DNA of 56,845 bases from a virus (lineage: Duplodnaviria; Caudoviricetes): positions 1 through 56,845 of the IMG/VR virus record IMGVR_UViG_3300036985_002500; one strand, 5' to 3'. The stretch's first letter is position 1; each line of letters starts with the position of its first letter. Made by a program: the position numbers and the translations under genes. This document shows, one piece after another, positions 45,345 through 55,592 of the stretch. Below the pieces are notes generated by a model, which made no database searches, was not told the DNA's origin, and was given only the letters and a program-made list of their open reading frames with translations.

Positions 45345-47546
45345 TTATTGCATTCCGTTATTTTTAAGTGCCTCTCTTTGTAGTTTGGCATTTTCTTTTA
45401 TCGCAATCTTTTCTACCTCTTGTCCGTGTTTCATTTGCTCAAATCCTACAGCTTCTTCTTTAGCTGCTTGTTCTTGTGCAACCATTTGTTGTTGTTGGTC
45501 TGCGTTAGCTGCTATGCCTTGAGCGATACCTTCATTAGATGCTTTATCTGTCATTGATTGAGCCTGATTCTTAAGTTTTTGATTTTGTCTTAATGCATCA
45601 GCTATCAATTCTGGACTTGACCTATTAAATAAGTTGATAAATATTGGTTGATCTATCATTCCAGCTTGTAGCAACGTAAATAATAGTTGATTACCACTAT
45701 TGATTCCTTGCTCTGCAGATTCTGCTCTCTTAATGAATATTCTATAATCTTGTAATAAATGGTCTTCTGTTAATGTGATACTCTTAAGTCCAGCGTCACC
45801 AACCATTATAGATAGCTTTCTTGGATTGTCATAGTATATAGATTTACCTATCGTAGCCATGTGTTCGTATGCCTGCTTAAGTATTGATGTCAATGCCCAG
45901 TAGAAAGGCTCTTGAACAAGAGATCCTCTTTGTATTTGAGCTTCAACAACTCCAACTAGCATATCATTTCCTCCCTGAGTACCAGTCATTGCTTCGTTAA
46001 CACCAGTTACATCCTGGATACTTTGCTGAACCGATTCAATAACTTGGAACAATTGTAGCGTTCCACCGCCAATGTTTGTTCCGTATGTACCAATAGCGTT
46101 CTGAACAGAACCAACTCTATCTGTATCTACAAAAATAGGTTTAGAAGCATTAATGTTTCTCATTATATCTGCCTCACCATCTCTGTCGTCTACAGCAGAT
46201 TTAGATATAACAGTACCAGTACCTCTCATGTTTGATAAATGAGATTCTACTACTGATAAAGTTCTATTTAAGAATCTTTGTGGATCAATAACATCATCAA
46301 GTGGAGTAAGTATCTCACCTCTATCGTAAACCCAAGTATAACATTTGTATGGAAACTTAACATTCGCTGGATCATATAGATTCTTCTCTTGGTATGGCAT
46401 GATACCATATTCTAAAACTATATCAGCAATACCAACTTCTTCTTGTGGAATTAAAATGCAGTATCTAAGAACGTCAACATAAATTGTATGTTTCTTCTTA
46501 TCACCCATCTCATCTTTATGCTTCTGAGTAACTGGCTCAATTAAATCTTTATCAGAATATTTTGAGTCAGCGTGATTAATCATTGTGTAGTAAGGATAGC
46601 CATGCTCATCTTTAACCCAACCATAATCTCTTCGCTCAACATCTTTCCAATATACTTCATAGACGGGAACTTTACCTCCTGCTTGAGTATATATTCCATT
46701 CATAATTTTATGAACACCTTTAGATCCATCTTTGCCATAGTTCTCTATAGCATCCATTTCATCTTTACTAAGGTTTTGGAATCTTTCAAATATGCTTGGA
46801 CTATCCATGTAGTACCACTCACCCATGTGTTCTGCATCTGATAAATCAGGTTTTCTAGCAGACATATCCCATAAGTAGAATAATGGATTGATTGATTCAG
46901 CTACATAATTGTCATTATGCTCGTACCCTTTGTAGATTCCTAGACCGCAAAGAGCTAAGTTTCTAGTTATTTGTACTTTTAATTCGTCAATATTTATTTC
47001 AGCAGCAATAAATTCAATAAGATTATTTACATCTTTTTCGTGCTGTAATACAAATGTATTTTGGAAAAGTTCTTCTGTCTCTTGCTCTGTATCCATTATT
47101 GGAGCAGCACCTTTTATAATATCTTTATAGAATGGGAAAGCCTCAGCCATTCCTTGAAGTCCTTTTAATTTCTTTAAGTCTTCTTCTCTTTTGTTTATTA
47201 CGAAATCAGATATGCAGTTTGCTCTAGCGTCATAAGATAAACGAATAGCATTACCAACGTATTGTTGAACCATTGGCTTGATAACATTCTTTGTCCACTT
47301 AAGTCTGTTTCTAACGTCTCCTGATTCATCAAGAAAGAAAGACTCAACATCTTCATCGAATATCCATTGACCATCTTGTCCTTTAAAGAAAGACCAGTTC
47401 ATTAAGCATTTACTTATATATCTTCGATAGACATCATTACTCATTGATGACAAACAGAATTTCGCATATTGACTATGGTAACTCTTATCTTTTTTAGCTT
47501 GAAGCTTGTTTGGCCTTACTGCGCTATTGTTAAATATATAACTCAT
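45345..47546 (-). CDS. Portal protein
   Basis: 733 aa; N.IKP.V...G, Q..LN, TGV.EAM.G motifs, Gln-rich C-terminal barrel. Confidence 0.85.
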   Translation of the reverse strand: MSYIFNNSAVRPNKLQAKKDKSYHSQYAKFCLSSMSNDVYRRYISKCLMNWSFFKGQDGQWIFDEDVESFFLDESGDVRNRLKWTKNVIKPMVQQYVGNAIRLSYDARANCISDFVINKREEDLKKLKGLQGMAEAFPFYKDIIKGAAPIMDTEQETEELFQNTFVLQHEKDVNNLIEFIAAEINIDELKVQITRNLALCGLGIYKGYEHNDNYVAESINPLFYLWDMSARKPDLSDAEHMGEWYYMDSPSIFERFQNLSKDEMDAIENYGKDGSKGVHKIMNGIYTQAGGKVPVYEVYWKDVERRDYGWVKDEHGYPYYTMINHADSKYSDKDLIEPVTQKHKDEMGDKKKHTIYVDVLRYCILIPQEEVGIADIVLEYGIMPYQEKNLYDPANVKFPYKCYTWVYDRGEILTPLDDVIDPQRFLNRTLSVVESHLSNMRGTGTVISKSAVDDRDGEADIMRNINASKPIFVDTDRVGSVQNAIGTYGTNIGGGTLQLFQVIESVQQSIQDVTGVNEAMTGTQGGNDMLVGVVEAQIQRGSLVQEPFYWALTSILKQAYEHMATIGKSIYYDNPRKLSIMVGDAGLKSITLTEDHLLQDYRIFIKRAESAEQGINSGNQLLFTLLQAGMIDQPIFINLFNRSSPELIADALRQNQKLKNQAQSMTDKASNEGIAQGIAANADQQQQMVAQEQAAKEEAVGFEQMKHGQEVEKIAIKENAKLQREALKNNGMQ

Positions 47547-47547
47547 A

Positions 47548-48120
47548 CTATCTTAATACATCATTAATACCAACTAATACTTTTTTATTCGTTTTGTTCT
47601 CTACTGTTTTAACTCCGTATGCAGTCTCTAGTCTAGAAACCATATCGGGTAATTCAGAATGAACCTTCACTATCAAATCAGTATATTTCTTTTTTTCATC
47701 AATGTCCATAGCTGCTAATGTTGCAGCATCAAGAATAATCATGTCGTTAAGCATGTCGAACATATATTGGCTCATTAACTTTGCTTTAAGTCTGTACTCA
47801 GGATTGAATGATTCCATTTTTGTAATGGCTATCCTCAACTCTTCTGGCATTTCTCCAGCAATTATATTTTGAAGGTCTTTATGTGAAGTGTAACTTCTAC
47901 CATAGACTATCTCCAAAGCCTTTTGTAACCTATCCCTTTTGCTTAACTTGTAAATAGGAGATGTTCTATTTCCTAATAACCAGCAAAGTCTTACTTCTTT
48001 TACTTTGAGTAATTTAAACTCTTTCATTTCGGATAACTCAGGGTATTCTATTCTTAAATCCCCCTCTGTTTCTATTCCAAAAAGAATTACATTAACATTT
48101 TTTTCTTCCATCTTTATCAA
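47548..48120 (-). CDS. Hypothetical protein (candidate small terminase)
   Basis: Helical ~190 aa directly before the portal; function from context only. Confidence 0.55.
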   Translation of the reverse strand: MIKMEEKNVNVILFGIETEGDLRIEYPELSEMKEFKLLKVKEVRLCWLLGNRTSPIYKLSKRDRLQKALEIVYGRSYTSHKDLQNIIAGEMPEELRIAITKMESFNPEYRLKAKLMSQYMFDMLNDMIILDAATLAAMDIDEKKKYTDLIVKVHSELPDMVSRLETAYGVKTVENKTNKKVLVGINDVLR

Positions 48121-48124
48121 ATAA

Positions 48125-48150
48125 GGGTACGAGAAGTTAATCCCGTACCC
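48125..48150 (-). terminator. Hairpin/terminator
   Basis: GGGTACG...CGTACCC stem. Confidence 0.65.
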
Positions 48151-48168
48151 CGTAAAGATAATCTAAAA

Positions 48169-48972
48169 TTAGATAGTTGGTGTTCCTGTGTATGCAGCAG
48201 CAGTAGCAGTAGTTCCACCTACAGCAGCATCAAGAGCAGCAGCATAAGCAGCATAACCTCCGTTTGTAGCATCAGCGAATACCAATACGTTTGTAATTTT
48301 ATAAACAAAAAGACCAGTAACAGCATTGTGACGAATCAATTTACGAACTCTCAACAAGTACTTAGTGTAGTTAGCAGTAAGAGAAAGTAAAGACAAGTTG
48401 TTAGAAAGATACTGAGAAGCATCAGCGTAAGTTCCAGAAGGAGCAACGTAAGGAACAGAAATAACAACAGCGATATTAAATCCGTTTGTTACTGTCATTT
48501 GTCCGTAGTTAGCAGAAGCAGAAGTCAATGTAAGAACATCAGTTCCAGCATTGTAAGAAGCAACAACACCTGAGAATAGGTCATTATTGATTCGAGTTAC
48601 GAATGCAGCACCAATTTCATCAACTGTAGCTGAAGTATCAGAAGAAACGATGTAAGATTTTTCTACTGATGGAGATCCATTACCATCAACAACATTTGCG
48701 TGTTGGATTGTAATTTTGTACATTGAAGCAGAACCAGCACTTGGTAAAGCGATAGTAGTCAATGTGATTGTGTTTGCTTCAGCAGTTCCAGCTGCATAAG
48801 CAGTCTTTCTCTTACCTACAACATCACGGATAAGTGGCTTAAGAGCTACTGCTCCAGCTTCATCCAACAATGTTAATTCTCCCAATGCCAAGACAGCGTC
48901 TGTTGCCAATGGGGTGTTAACGATAACCACTTGGTCAGCGTCAATTTTGTTTAATTTGTAACTAATTGCCAT
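48169..48972 (-). CDS. Probable auxiliary capsid/decoration protein
   Basis: Ala/Thr/Val-rich, with its own promoter (49048-55) and terminator. Confidence 0.6.
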   Translation of the reverse strand: MAISYKLNKIDADQVVIVNTPLATDAVLALGELTLLDEAGAVALKPLIRDVVGKRKTAYAAGTAEANTITLTTIALPSAGSASMYKITIQHANVVDGNGSPSVEKSYIVSSDTSATVDEIGAAFVTRINNDLFSGVVASYNAGTDVLTLTSASANYGQMTVTNGFNIAVVISVPYVAPSGTYADASQYLSNNLSLLSLTANYTKYLLRVRKLIRHNAVTGLFVYKITNVLVFADATNGGYAAYAAALDAAVGGTTATAAAYTGTPTI

Positions 48973-49077
48973 AATAATTTTTTTTGTACACCGATTTTTT
49001 TATCTGTGTTGGTTAAATTAATAACCATGCACCGTGCATAGCTTTTGCAAATATAATTAAAATTTTCAATTGTAGAT

Positions 49078-49240
49078 TTTTTTCTTGGGGTTTGGGGTTT
49101 TTTTTCTTTCTTCTTTTTTTTCTTTTTGGATATATATATTTATATATATATCTTTTTCTTTTCTTTTTTCTTTGCTTCTTTCTTTTTTCTTTTCTTTCTT
49201 TTTCTTTTTTTTCTTCTTTCTTTTTTTTAAAAAAAAATAT
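49078..49240. repeat. Polypyrimidine/polypurine tract with (AT)n palindrome
   Basis: Almost pure T/C on the + strand, between divergent promoters at 49048-55 (-) and 49271-78 (+). Confidence 0.9.
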
Positions 49241-49295
49241 CGAAATGTTTTGATTTCTAAAAAACATGTTTAACTTTGTGACATAAGAAAACGAT

Positions 49296-49589
49296 ATGGA
49301 AAATTTTAAAGTTATTTGCGTAAACGATAAAGCCAAGCCAAAAGGCTTTATTGGTCAATGGGTTGAGAAGAATAAAATATACACAGTCGTAGATGCTAAG
49401 AATCTAGCCAAACAAAGAATGACAGTCGGTTACAAATTTGCAGAAATAGAAATTCCAGAAGAATCTGAGTACAAATTCTTTTTAGCAAATAGATTCAGAC
49501 CTTGCTCAGAAGATGACGAGCTTGCAGCTACAGCAGTAGAAGAATTAATAGAAGAAACTTTATCAGAATTATCGATTAATGAATTTTGA
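49296..49589 (+). CDS. Hypothetical protein (SH3-like, KVICVND...RF)
   Basis: 97 aa after TAACTTTG. Confidence 0.7.
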   Translation: MENFKVICVNDKAKPKGFIGQWVEKNKIYTVVDAKNLAKQRMTVGYKFAEIEIPEESEYKFFLANRFRPCSEDDELAATAVEELIEETLSELSINEF

Positions 49590-50313
49590 TTTATTCATAG
49601 AGCTTGATAAGTTCAATCATATTTCTTTCAATGAGGAATTGCATGAGTACAAAATAGATAATCAAAAATGTATCTCTACAACTTCCATCCTAAACAACTA
49701 TAAAAAACCATTTGATACAGAAAATATAGCTTGGCGACACGCTGTAAAGAATCTAAGATCTGTAGAAGAAGTAATCGAAGAGTGGGAAGATAAAAAGAAT
49801 GAGGCAGCATCTAAAGGAACTCATTTACATCGTTACGCTGAACTAAAATTTGCTTGTAAGGAATATGATGTTCCAGAAGAATCTCTTCCACTAGTACTAA
49901 AACAATACATAGATAAGTTTTATAATGATTCTATCGGTAGATTAATACCTATCAAGTCAGAAATGATTATAGGAGATAAAGACTTAAAGCTTTGTGGAAT
50001 GATAGATCAATTATTCTATAATGTAAAAGAGAAAGAAATTCAAATCTGGGACTACAAAACAAACAAAGAGATAAGAACATTCAGCCCATACAAGAATAAG
50101 ATGACAAACGGGCTTAATCACCTTCAGGAATGCGAATACAACACCTACTCACTTCAGTTAGGTATCTATAAAAGAATAATAGAAAGAAATACAAACCTTA
50201 AACTAGGCAAATCATATATTTGTTGGGTAAACGATAAAAATAGTTCTTATAAAGCATTTCAGATGGCTGAGATGGACAAGGAGATAGATTTAATAATTAA
50301 AAACATAAAGTAA
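49579..50313 (+). CDS. PD-(D/E)XK exonuclease
   Basis: KGTHLH, E, GMID, WDYKT, Y.LQL..Y. Confidence 0.85.
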   Translation: MNFDLFIELDKFNHISFNEELHEYKIDNQKCISTTSILNNYKKPFDTENIAWRHAVKNLRSVEEVIEEWEDKKNEAASKGTHLHRYAELKFACKEYDVPEESLPLVLKQYIDKFYNDSIGRLIPIKSEMIIGDKDLKLCGMIDQLFYNVKEKEIQIWDYKTNKEIRTFSPYKNKMTNGLNHLQECEYNTYSLQLGIYKRIIERNTNLKLGKSYICWVNDKNSSYKAFQMAEMDKEIDLIIKNIK

Positions 50314-50512
50314 TGAGTGAAGTAGATAGAAAAAAAGCAGAATCTTTTGAAGCTGTGGCAAGACCAGTAATTAAATGGATGGCTGAGAATTGTCATCCAC
50401 ATACAACTATGATAGTTGACGCTATACATGCTGAATTATTAGAGGCAGATATGGTTATTAATACACATGATTATCTAGTAGATTAACTAACTAAAAACAT
50501 AAAGTAATGAGT
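50298..50512 (+). repeat. Perfect 21-bp direct repeat flanking one small gene
   Basis: TAAAAACATAAAGTAATGAGT at 50298-50318 and 50492-50512. Confidence 0.9.
50313..50486 (+). CDS. 57-aa protein (FEAVARPVIKWMAENCHPH)
   Basis: Translated by eye, absent from the ORF track; TAATG-coupled. Confidence 0.75.
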   Translation: MSEVDRKKAESFEAVARPVIKWMAENCHPHTTMIVDAIHAELLEADMVINTHDYLVD

Positions 50513-50854
50513 ACTTCATCAGCATATTCTAGTAACAAACTAAAACAAGTGCTGAAGAACGGCACTCAACATTTTATTATTAAGTCATTCTTAACAGCAG
50601 CATTTGAGTATGATAAGAAGGTAGTGGAACACCATCTATATTGGATAAATCTAAATAAAGGAATATACGAAGAGTTTCCGCTATATAAATTATTATGCTT
50701 TAAGAAGATGAATGCGAAAGAAATAAAGTTCTTTAAACAAACAGAGGATACCTATGAATTAAGAATATCCTCTGAAGATGGAAAAGTATGGGATCATAAA
50801 GAATTAAAATTTGATAAGGAACAAGTTAAAGTTACTTACAAAGATTTTCTTTAA
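50507..50854 (+). CDS. Hypothetical protein
   Basis: 115-aa ORF. Confidence 0.7.
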   Translation: MSTSSAYSSNKLKQVLKNGTQHFIIKSFLTAAFEYDKKVVEHHLYWINLNKGIYEEFPLYKLLCFKKMNAKEIKFFKQTEDTYELRISSEDGKVWDHKELKFDKEQVKVTYKDFL

Positions 50855-50856
50855 TA

Positions 50857-52923
50857 TTAGTTTAGTATTTTTAGTATCTTGCCAGTGTTCTTATCAACTC
50901 TAGCTAGCTTCATTCTAAAATTAGTTTCTTTACTCTGTACATACTTTGTAATTACTTGACTATCTGCTGAATTTGTTTTTATATTCTGAGGCTCGTATCT
51001 AACGTGAGCCAATGCGTTAATATATGCAAATGTTATAGCAAATATAGCATCATCATAATCATACCTAGTATCCGCAGCCTGATATCTTGTCTGCCTATGT
51101 GAGTTTTGAGACTTTAAATCCTTTTCTACGAAAGTTTTTAACTGCTCCCAAAGCCAAGGCACATCAATATTCTCACTATAAGCATCTAGCATCTCTTCAG
51201 TCTTCGCTATTATCCTAGGGGCTGTATTCGCCTTGTTGGATATACCAAACCATTTACCTCCATGTGTTTGAAAGTATTCTGGAAGCTGTGTATTAGCCGT
51301 GAACTTAGCTTTGAACCCATGTATCTCCTGGAAGTCAACGTGCATATCTCCAATATTGTTTTCTACTAGTTCCTTTACCCCACCACGCATTTGTTGGTCA
51401 TAATAAAGGCTCTGAAGTAGTACTTGTAGGTATGTAAGTTTAAATTTTCTGTCTCTATGGAATACAACTGATGATACGGAGTTAGTCAATGAGTCCCATA
51501 TAGCACTACACATCATAGAGTGTCCAGTTTCAGAGTTTATTGGATCTGTTCCTTGCCAATACCTACTTCTCCATACCTCTCCCTTTGGTGGATGATGAAT
51601 TATCAATGCAGAAGTCATTACATCCTCTCTTGATGAGGTAGGCATCCATTTTGCACCAGTTATTCGATGTGAAGTAAGTAAATCTGGAGTTGGTTGACTA
51701 TAATCAAGTATAGGTTCAAAGTATCCGTACTCAATAGGCACATCCTTGCCGTAAATGTCACTTAATCTCTTATTACAAGTGTGAATAGGTACTAAAGTAC
51801 GTGATTTACGTACAAACATATCATCAATTGTTATTGGGTAGTGCTGATGGAACTGAACCTTTGCAGATTCCCCCTTTTTAGTACCTTCTAAAGCTAAATA
51901 TGCCTTTCTTTCGTTTAATATATGCTTATCATCAACCCCTCTTCGTGCATAAGCATTAAAGAATAGAGGGATTATGCCGTATTCATAGTTTTTCTCATTC
52001 CATTGGCTTAAACACATCTTAAATTCAGACTCAAACACAGATCCACCCTTATCCATTTCACCACCAGTTCCCCAAGCGATAAATTGTTGTTGCATTTCCA
52101 TCTTTCCCGTTTCTGGATTGTACTTAAACAATGCTGGTCTACCCTCACGCATCATCTCACCAAAGATATCGAATAACCCTATCTCATCCACAAACACAGC
52201 TGATGGAGATCCACCATTTATAGAATCGACTTGAGGGCTATCGACTTGAAATCTAGATGCCCCACCATCTTCACGACCTTTTTTATCACCTTTCTTGTCA
52301 AATGACATTACTTGGTCAGTCCAGTTCTTTACTTCCTGAGCGATAAAGTCTGGTATCTTAGTATATGTCCACTTTACCTTATCTCGGAATATCTCTATAC
52401 CCTTATCTTTTGAGTGGGTAACGAACTTAATGAAGTAAGATTTGTTTAAATTTACTCTCTTCATTCCTGCTAAACACATCGTAGTAGTAAAACCAATTTG
52501 ACGTGCTTTACCAATCATCATAGAGTAGTTACAATCAAACAGGAATAATAATACTTTCTGTGCATCCCAAGCCTTATAGGCAAGAGTACCATTCTCAGAT
52601 CTATCCTCCTTTATAAATCCGTACTTATTACAGAAGTATAAAGTATTGTCTTTACATTTTTGTATCTCTACAGTCAACCAATCATATTGATCTTCTTCGT
52701 TGTCAAAATCGGTTATTAGACTTTCATCTTCTCCCCATAATTCTGCTTGTTTGCAATAAAGGTCAAAGGGCTTATACTTCAATTTATTTTGCCATCCACT
52801 ATTTATACTATTTACCCAATCGACAAACTCTTTTGGGTAATCAAATTGTTGATGAGAAGGCTTCCATTCACTTGTTAGTATGCCCAATGAACTAATATTG
52901 TCTTGATTTTCATCAGATCCCAT
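50857..52923 (-). CDS. terL: Terminase large subunit
   Basis: KARQIGFTT (Walker A), VFVDE (Walker B), GTGG, GTDP, VENN, DDAIFA. Confidence 0.92.
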   Translation of the reverse strand: MGSDENQDNISSLGILTSEWKPSHQQFDYPKEFVDWVNSINSGWQNKLKYKPFDLYCKQAELWGEDESLITDFDNEEDQYDWLTVEIQKCKDNTLYFCNKYGFIKEDRSENGTLAYKAWDAQKVLLFLFDCNYSMMIGKARQIGFTTTMCLAGMKRVNLNKSYFIKFVTHSKDKGIEIFRDKVKWTYTKIPDFIAQEVKNWTDQVMSFDKKGDKKGREDGGASRFQVDSPQVDSINGGSPSAVFVDEIGLFDIFGEMMREGRPALFKYNPETGKMEMQQQFIAWGTGGEMDKGGSVFESEFKMCLSQWNEKNYEYGIIPLFFNAYARRGVDDKHILNERKAYLALEGTKKGESAKVQFHQHYPITIDDMFVRKSRTLVPIHTCNKRLSDIYGKDVPIEYGYFEPILDYSQPTPDLLTSHRITGAKWMPTSSREDVMTSALIIHHPPKGEVWRSRYWQGTDPINSETGHSMMCSAIWDSLTNSVSSVVFHRDRKFKLTYLQVLLQSLYYDQQMRGGVKELVENNIGDMHVDFQEIHGFKAKFTANTQLPEYFQTHGGKWFGISNKANTAPRIIAKTEEMLDAYSENIDVPWLWEQLKTFVEKDLKSQNSHRQTRYQAADTRYDYDDAIFAITFAYINALAHVRYEPQNIKTNSADSQVITKYVQSKETNFRMKLARVDKNTGKILKILN

Positions 52924-52937
52924 TAGTTGTTTTTTAA

Positions 52938-53261
52938 TTAATTTCCTATCTTGCCACAGCCTTTAGGCCCACAAGTAGCAGAAGAGTTCTGTGAGGTTTT
53001 CTGACTAGCATTTCTTAAAGTAGCACCGCTAGCCTTTTGGCTTTTTCTTTCTTTAATGTCTCCAATAAAGTTTTTAACTTTTTTAACTACATCTTTCTTA
53101 GTTTTGTGGATAGAATACCTTAACGGCATTTGATATTTTCCGCCACCACGCTGGATAACCTTGTGCTTCCTTACTTGCTCTTTAACGAAATTTCTAATAG
53201 GCCCTGGAGCTGAACTCTCCTGAGATAATGCATTAGATACCGCTTTTCCTAACATTGCCAT
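52938..53261 (-). CDS. Small basic protein
   Basis: 107 aa in operon. Confidence 0.6.
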   Translation of the reverse strand: MAMLGKAVSNALSQESSAPGPIRNFVKEQVRKHKVIQRGGGKYQMPLRYSIHKTKKDVVKKVKNFIGDIKERKSQKASGATLRNASQKTSQNSSATCGPKGCGKIGN

Positions 53262-53263
53262 GA

Positions 53264-53494
53264 CTACTGTTTTTTCTTTTTCATAGACTTAGCCTTAGCC
53301 ATTGCTGCAGCCATCTTAATCTTAACCATGAAAGGAAGCTTATTCTCTTTACTGAATAATTTACTAGATCCTTTTTCTTCGGATTTTTCTTTCTTCTTAC
53401 CTTCTGACTTTTCGTGTTTAGCCATTGCTGACTTAGATGAATACTTCTCCTCAGACTTGCTGCCCTTGTATTCTGTGATATTCTTTTTCATCAT
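53264..53494 (-). CDS. Small Lys-rich protein
   Basis: 76 aa; TATCTTTG (-) at 53508-15. Confidence 0.65.
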   Translation of the reverse strand: MMKKNITEYKGSKSEEKYSSKSAMAKHEKSEGKKKEKSEEKGSSKLFSKENKLPFMVKIKMAAAMAKAKSMKKKKQ

Positions 53495-53536
53495 AATATT
53501 TTTTTATCAAAGATATATATAAATCAAACACATTAT

Positions 53537-54547
53537 TTATCGAACCTTGCCCTCAACGATACGTAAGTTTCTAAATTCATAGTCACCAGTAGTATCTGTC
53601 TCTATGGTCGCAAAGCCATGATTCCATTTATTAAATGGCGCATACTCAGGACTTAATCCACATAAAGCACCAATTGAATATGTTGTTACAACTTCCCCAT
53701 TCAAATCTTTTTCCGAATGCTCAGATGTCTGATGATGATGCCCTACCGCACAAGAAGTCTTTGCTCTAGTGTATAATCCTCTAGCAGCATTTACTGGCGA
53801 GAATACAGAATGTCCGAACTCATGACCATGCAGTAAGCTGAAGTTTCCAATCTTAGTCAACTGTTTTCCTTTAACCTCTTGAACACCAAGCTCTCCGAAT
53901 CGTAAAATGTTCTTTAATTCAAAATCTCCAATACCCAATAACTCAGGAGCTACAAGTCGCATATAATTTTCCCATCTTTCCTCGTGATTACCGAGCTTAA
54001 AATATACTGGACAATCAAATGCACCTCTCAGCTCTTTTAAGAACTCTCGTGTCATCTCTAGCTCTCCTGCGATGTCTCTTAGTCTTCTATCTTTTATGAA
54101 TCTACTAGCTTGATACATATCAATCGTATCGCCATTAAGATAAACGAAGTTTGGTTTGAACTGAAGACCATAGTTCATTGCGGTCTCTAAGGCTTGATTG
54201 TCTTGGTATGGAATATGAATATCATTCATTATTAGCCCACGATTATTCCCAGTTGGAATTACGAATTCAGAGATCGGTGAATAATCCGATTCTGGAAGAT
54301 TAAAACTTGCCATTGCTTCTTTTTTTTCTTGATTAGTTCTTATTACTGCTGATGTTCCTGATTTTGGTTTTCTGTGATGTTCTCCTCTTCTAAATCTAAC
54401 TTGGGATCTAGCTTGTCCAAAGTTTGTAAAGTCTAGTGGGTGCTTCTCCATTGCCATTCTTGCCAGGGCATAGGTAGATGCGTGAGGGAATTCATCTATT
54501 AGATTGATTATAATATCCCCTCTGTAGCTTAGTTCTTTATTGCTCAT
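53537..54547 (-). CDS. Calcineurin-like metallophosphoesterase
   Basis: DIH, GDTID, GNHE, HGH, GHHH motifs. Confidence 0.9.
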   Translation of the reverse strand: MSNKELSYRGDIIINLIDEFPHASTYALARMAMEKHPLDFTNFGQARSQVRFRRGEHHRKPKSGTSAVIRTNQEKKEAMASFNLPESDYSPISEFVIPTGNNRGLIMNDIHIPYQDNQALETAMNYGLQFKPNFVYLNGDTIDMYQASRFIKDRRLRDIAGELEMTREFLKELRGAFDCPVYFKLGNHEERWENYMRLVAPELLGIGDFELKNILRFGELGVQEVKGKQLTKIGNFSLLHGHEFGHSVFSPVNAARGLYTRAKTSCAVGHHHQTSEHSEKDLNGEVVTTYSIGALCGLSPEYAPFNKWNHGFATIETDTTGDYEFRNLRIVEGKVR

Positions 54548-54548
54548 A

Positions 54549-55103
54549 TTAATATTCTTCAGGTGTATACTCTTCTTCTAGCTCTTCGTTATACTTTGGT
54601 CTTCTATCGTATTCCTTGATGGTATAAAATATCTTTTTCATAGAGCCTTTGTAGAAGTACATAGGGTTTACCATATACAATCTCCTACCCTTCTCCATAG
54701 TAAACCTCACTATATCCATTTGGCATAGTTGCTTAACTGCCCCAATTAAATATGCCATGTTGATACCCGTAGCATTCCTGATATCCCTTAGCCCATAATT
54801 TTTCAGTAAGTTTCCATACCCCATGTTCTTACAGAAGAACCTAAGTAATTTATGTGACGATGGCTTAAGGCTATCCTGCATGTCAATAGTCTCCACGAAG
54901 CTTATCATGTAGCGCATCTTTTTACGCTTAAGCATTTGCTGAACTATCTCATCTGCCGTTTCATCGTATGCCTCGGTAAGCTGAACCATAGCTCCATTTA
55001 TATCTTTGTAGTATAAATCAAGGTTCTTCTTCCGATGGGCCATTATTCTGTCAGCCTCCAATAATATCAAATCAAAGACTATATTGTTTTCATTCTCTAC
55101 CAT
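54549..55103 (-). CDS. Winged-helix protein, RepL-like
   Basis: HTH followed by YMVNPMYFYKG. Confidence 0.6.
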   Translation of the reverse strand: MVENENNIVFDLILLEADRIMAHRKKNLDLYYKDINGAMVQLTEAYDETADEIVQQMLKRKKMRYMISFVETIDMQDSLKPSSHKLLRFFCKNMGYGNLLKNYGLRDIRNATGINMAYLIGAVKQLCQMDIVRFTMEKGRRLYMVNPMYFYKGSMKKIFYTIKEYDRRPKYNEELEEEYTPEEY

Positions 55104-55291
55104 ACTTCATAAGTTCTTTCTATTTCAACTTCGATATTAAGTAAATCCAGCACAAGAAGTATATCGCATATACTATTGCTAACCTGAATCCCCTCCTCAC
55201 TTCCATCAACGTATAGTATAGTTCCATACTCAAGAAGGCAAGAATCATCACTATGAGAATACTCAAGGATCTCAATTTTTACTCTTTTCAT
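55097..55291 (-). CDS. Hypothetical protein
   Basis: Likely start MKRVKIEI. Confidence 0.5.
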   Translation of the reverse strand: MKRVKIEILEYSHSDDSCLLEYGTILYVDGSEEGIQVSNSICDILLVLDLLNIEVEIERTYEVW

Positions 55292-55592
55292 TTCTATCAG
55301 AGATAATAGAATCGACATTCAGCTTCATCTTCTTTAAATGCGCAATCTTTTCACGATGGTTATTCTGCTCATAGAAGATAATGCCACTTAAGGCTCTACC
55401 GAACTCAACGATGTTCATGTTGGTTTTCATTTTGTTACAAGATCCACATGATGGGACTTTGTTTGAATTACTTAACTTACCGCCACGACTCTTAGGATAT
55501 AGATGGTCTACCGTTCTTGAGTAGTCATCCAACGTGGTCTTACAATAGGCGCAAACATTTAGGTTCACCCCGTTCTTACTTACTATATGCAT
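55272..55592 (-). CDS. HNH endonuclease
   Basis: CAYC, TVDHLYPKSRGG, N....CGSCN; TATATTTG (-) at 55615-22. Confidence 0.9.
   Translation of the reverse strand: MHIVSKNGVNLNVCAYCKTTLDDYSRTVDHLYPKSRGGKLSNSNKVPSCGSCNKMKTNMNIVEFGRALSGIIFYEQNNHREKIAHLKKMKLNVDSIISDRNEKSKN

Noticed and set aside
49013-49336. ORFs 49013-49336 (-) and 49085-49273 (+)
   Set aside because: Translations of the low-complexity tract (poly-K/E/R and poly-F)
49579-50313. Nuclease as Cas4
   Set aside because: No four-Cys Fe-S motif and no CRISPR context
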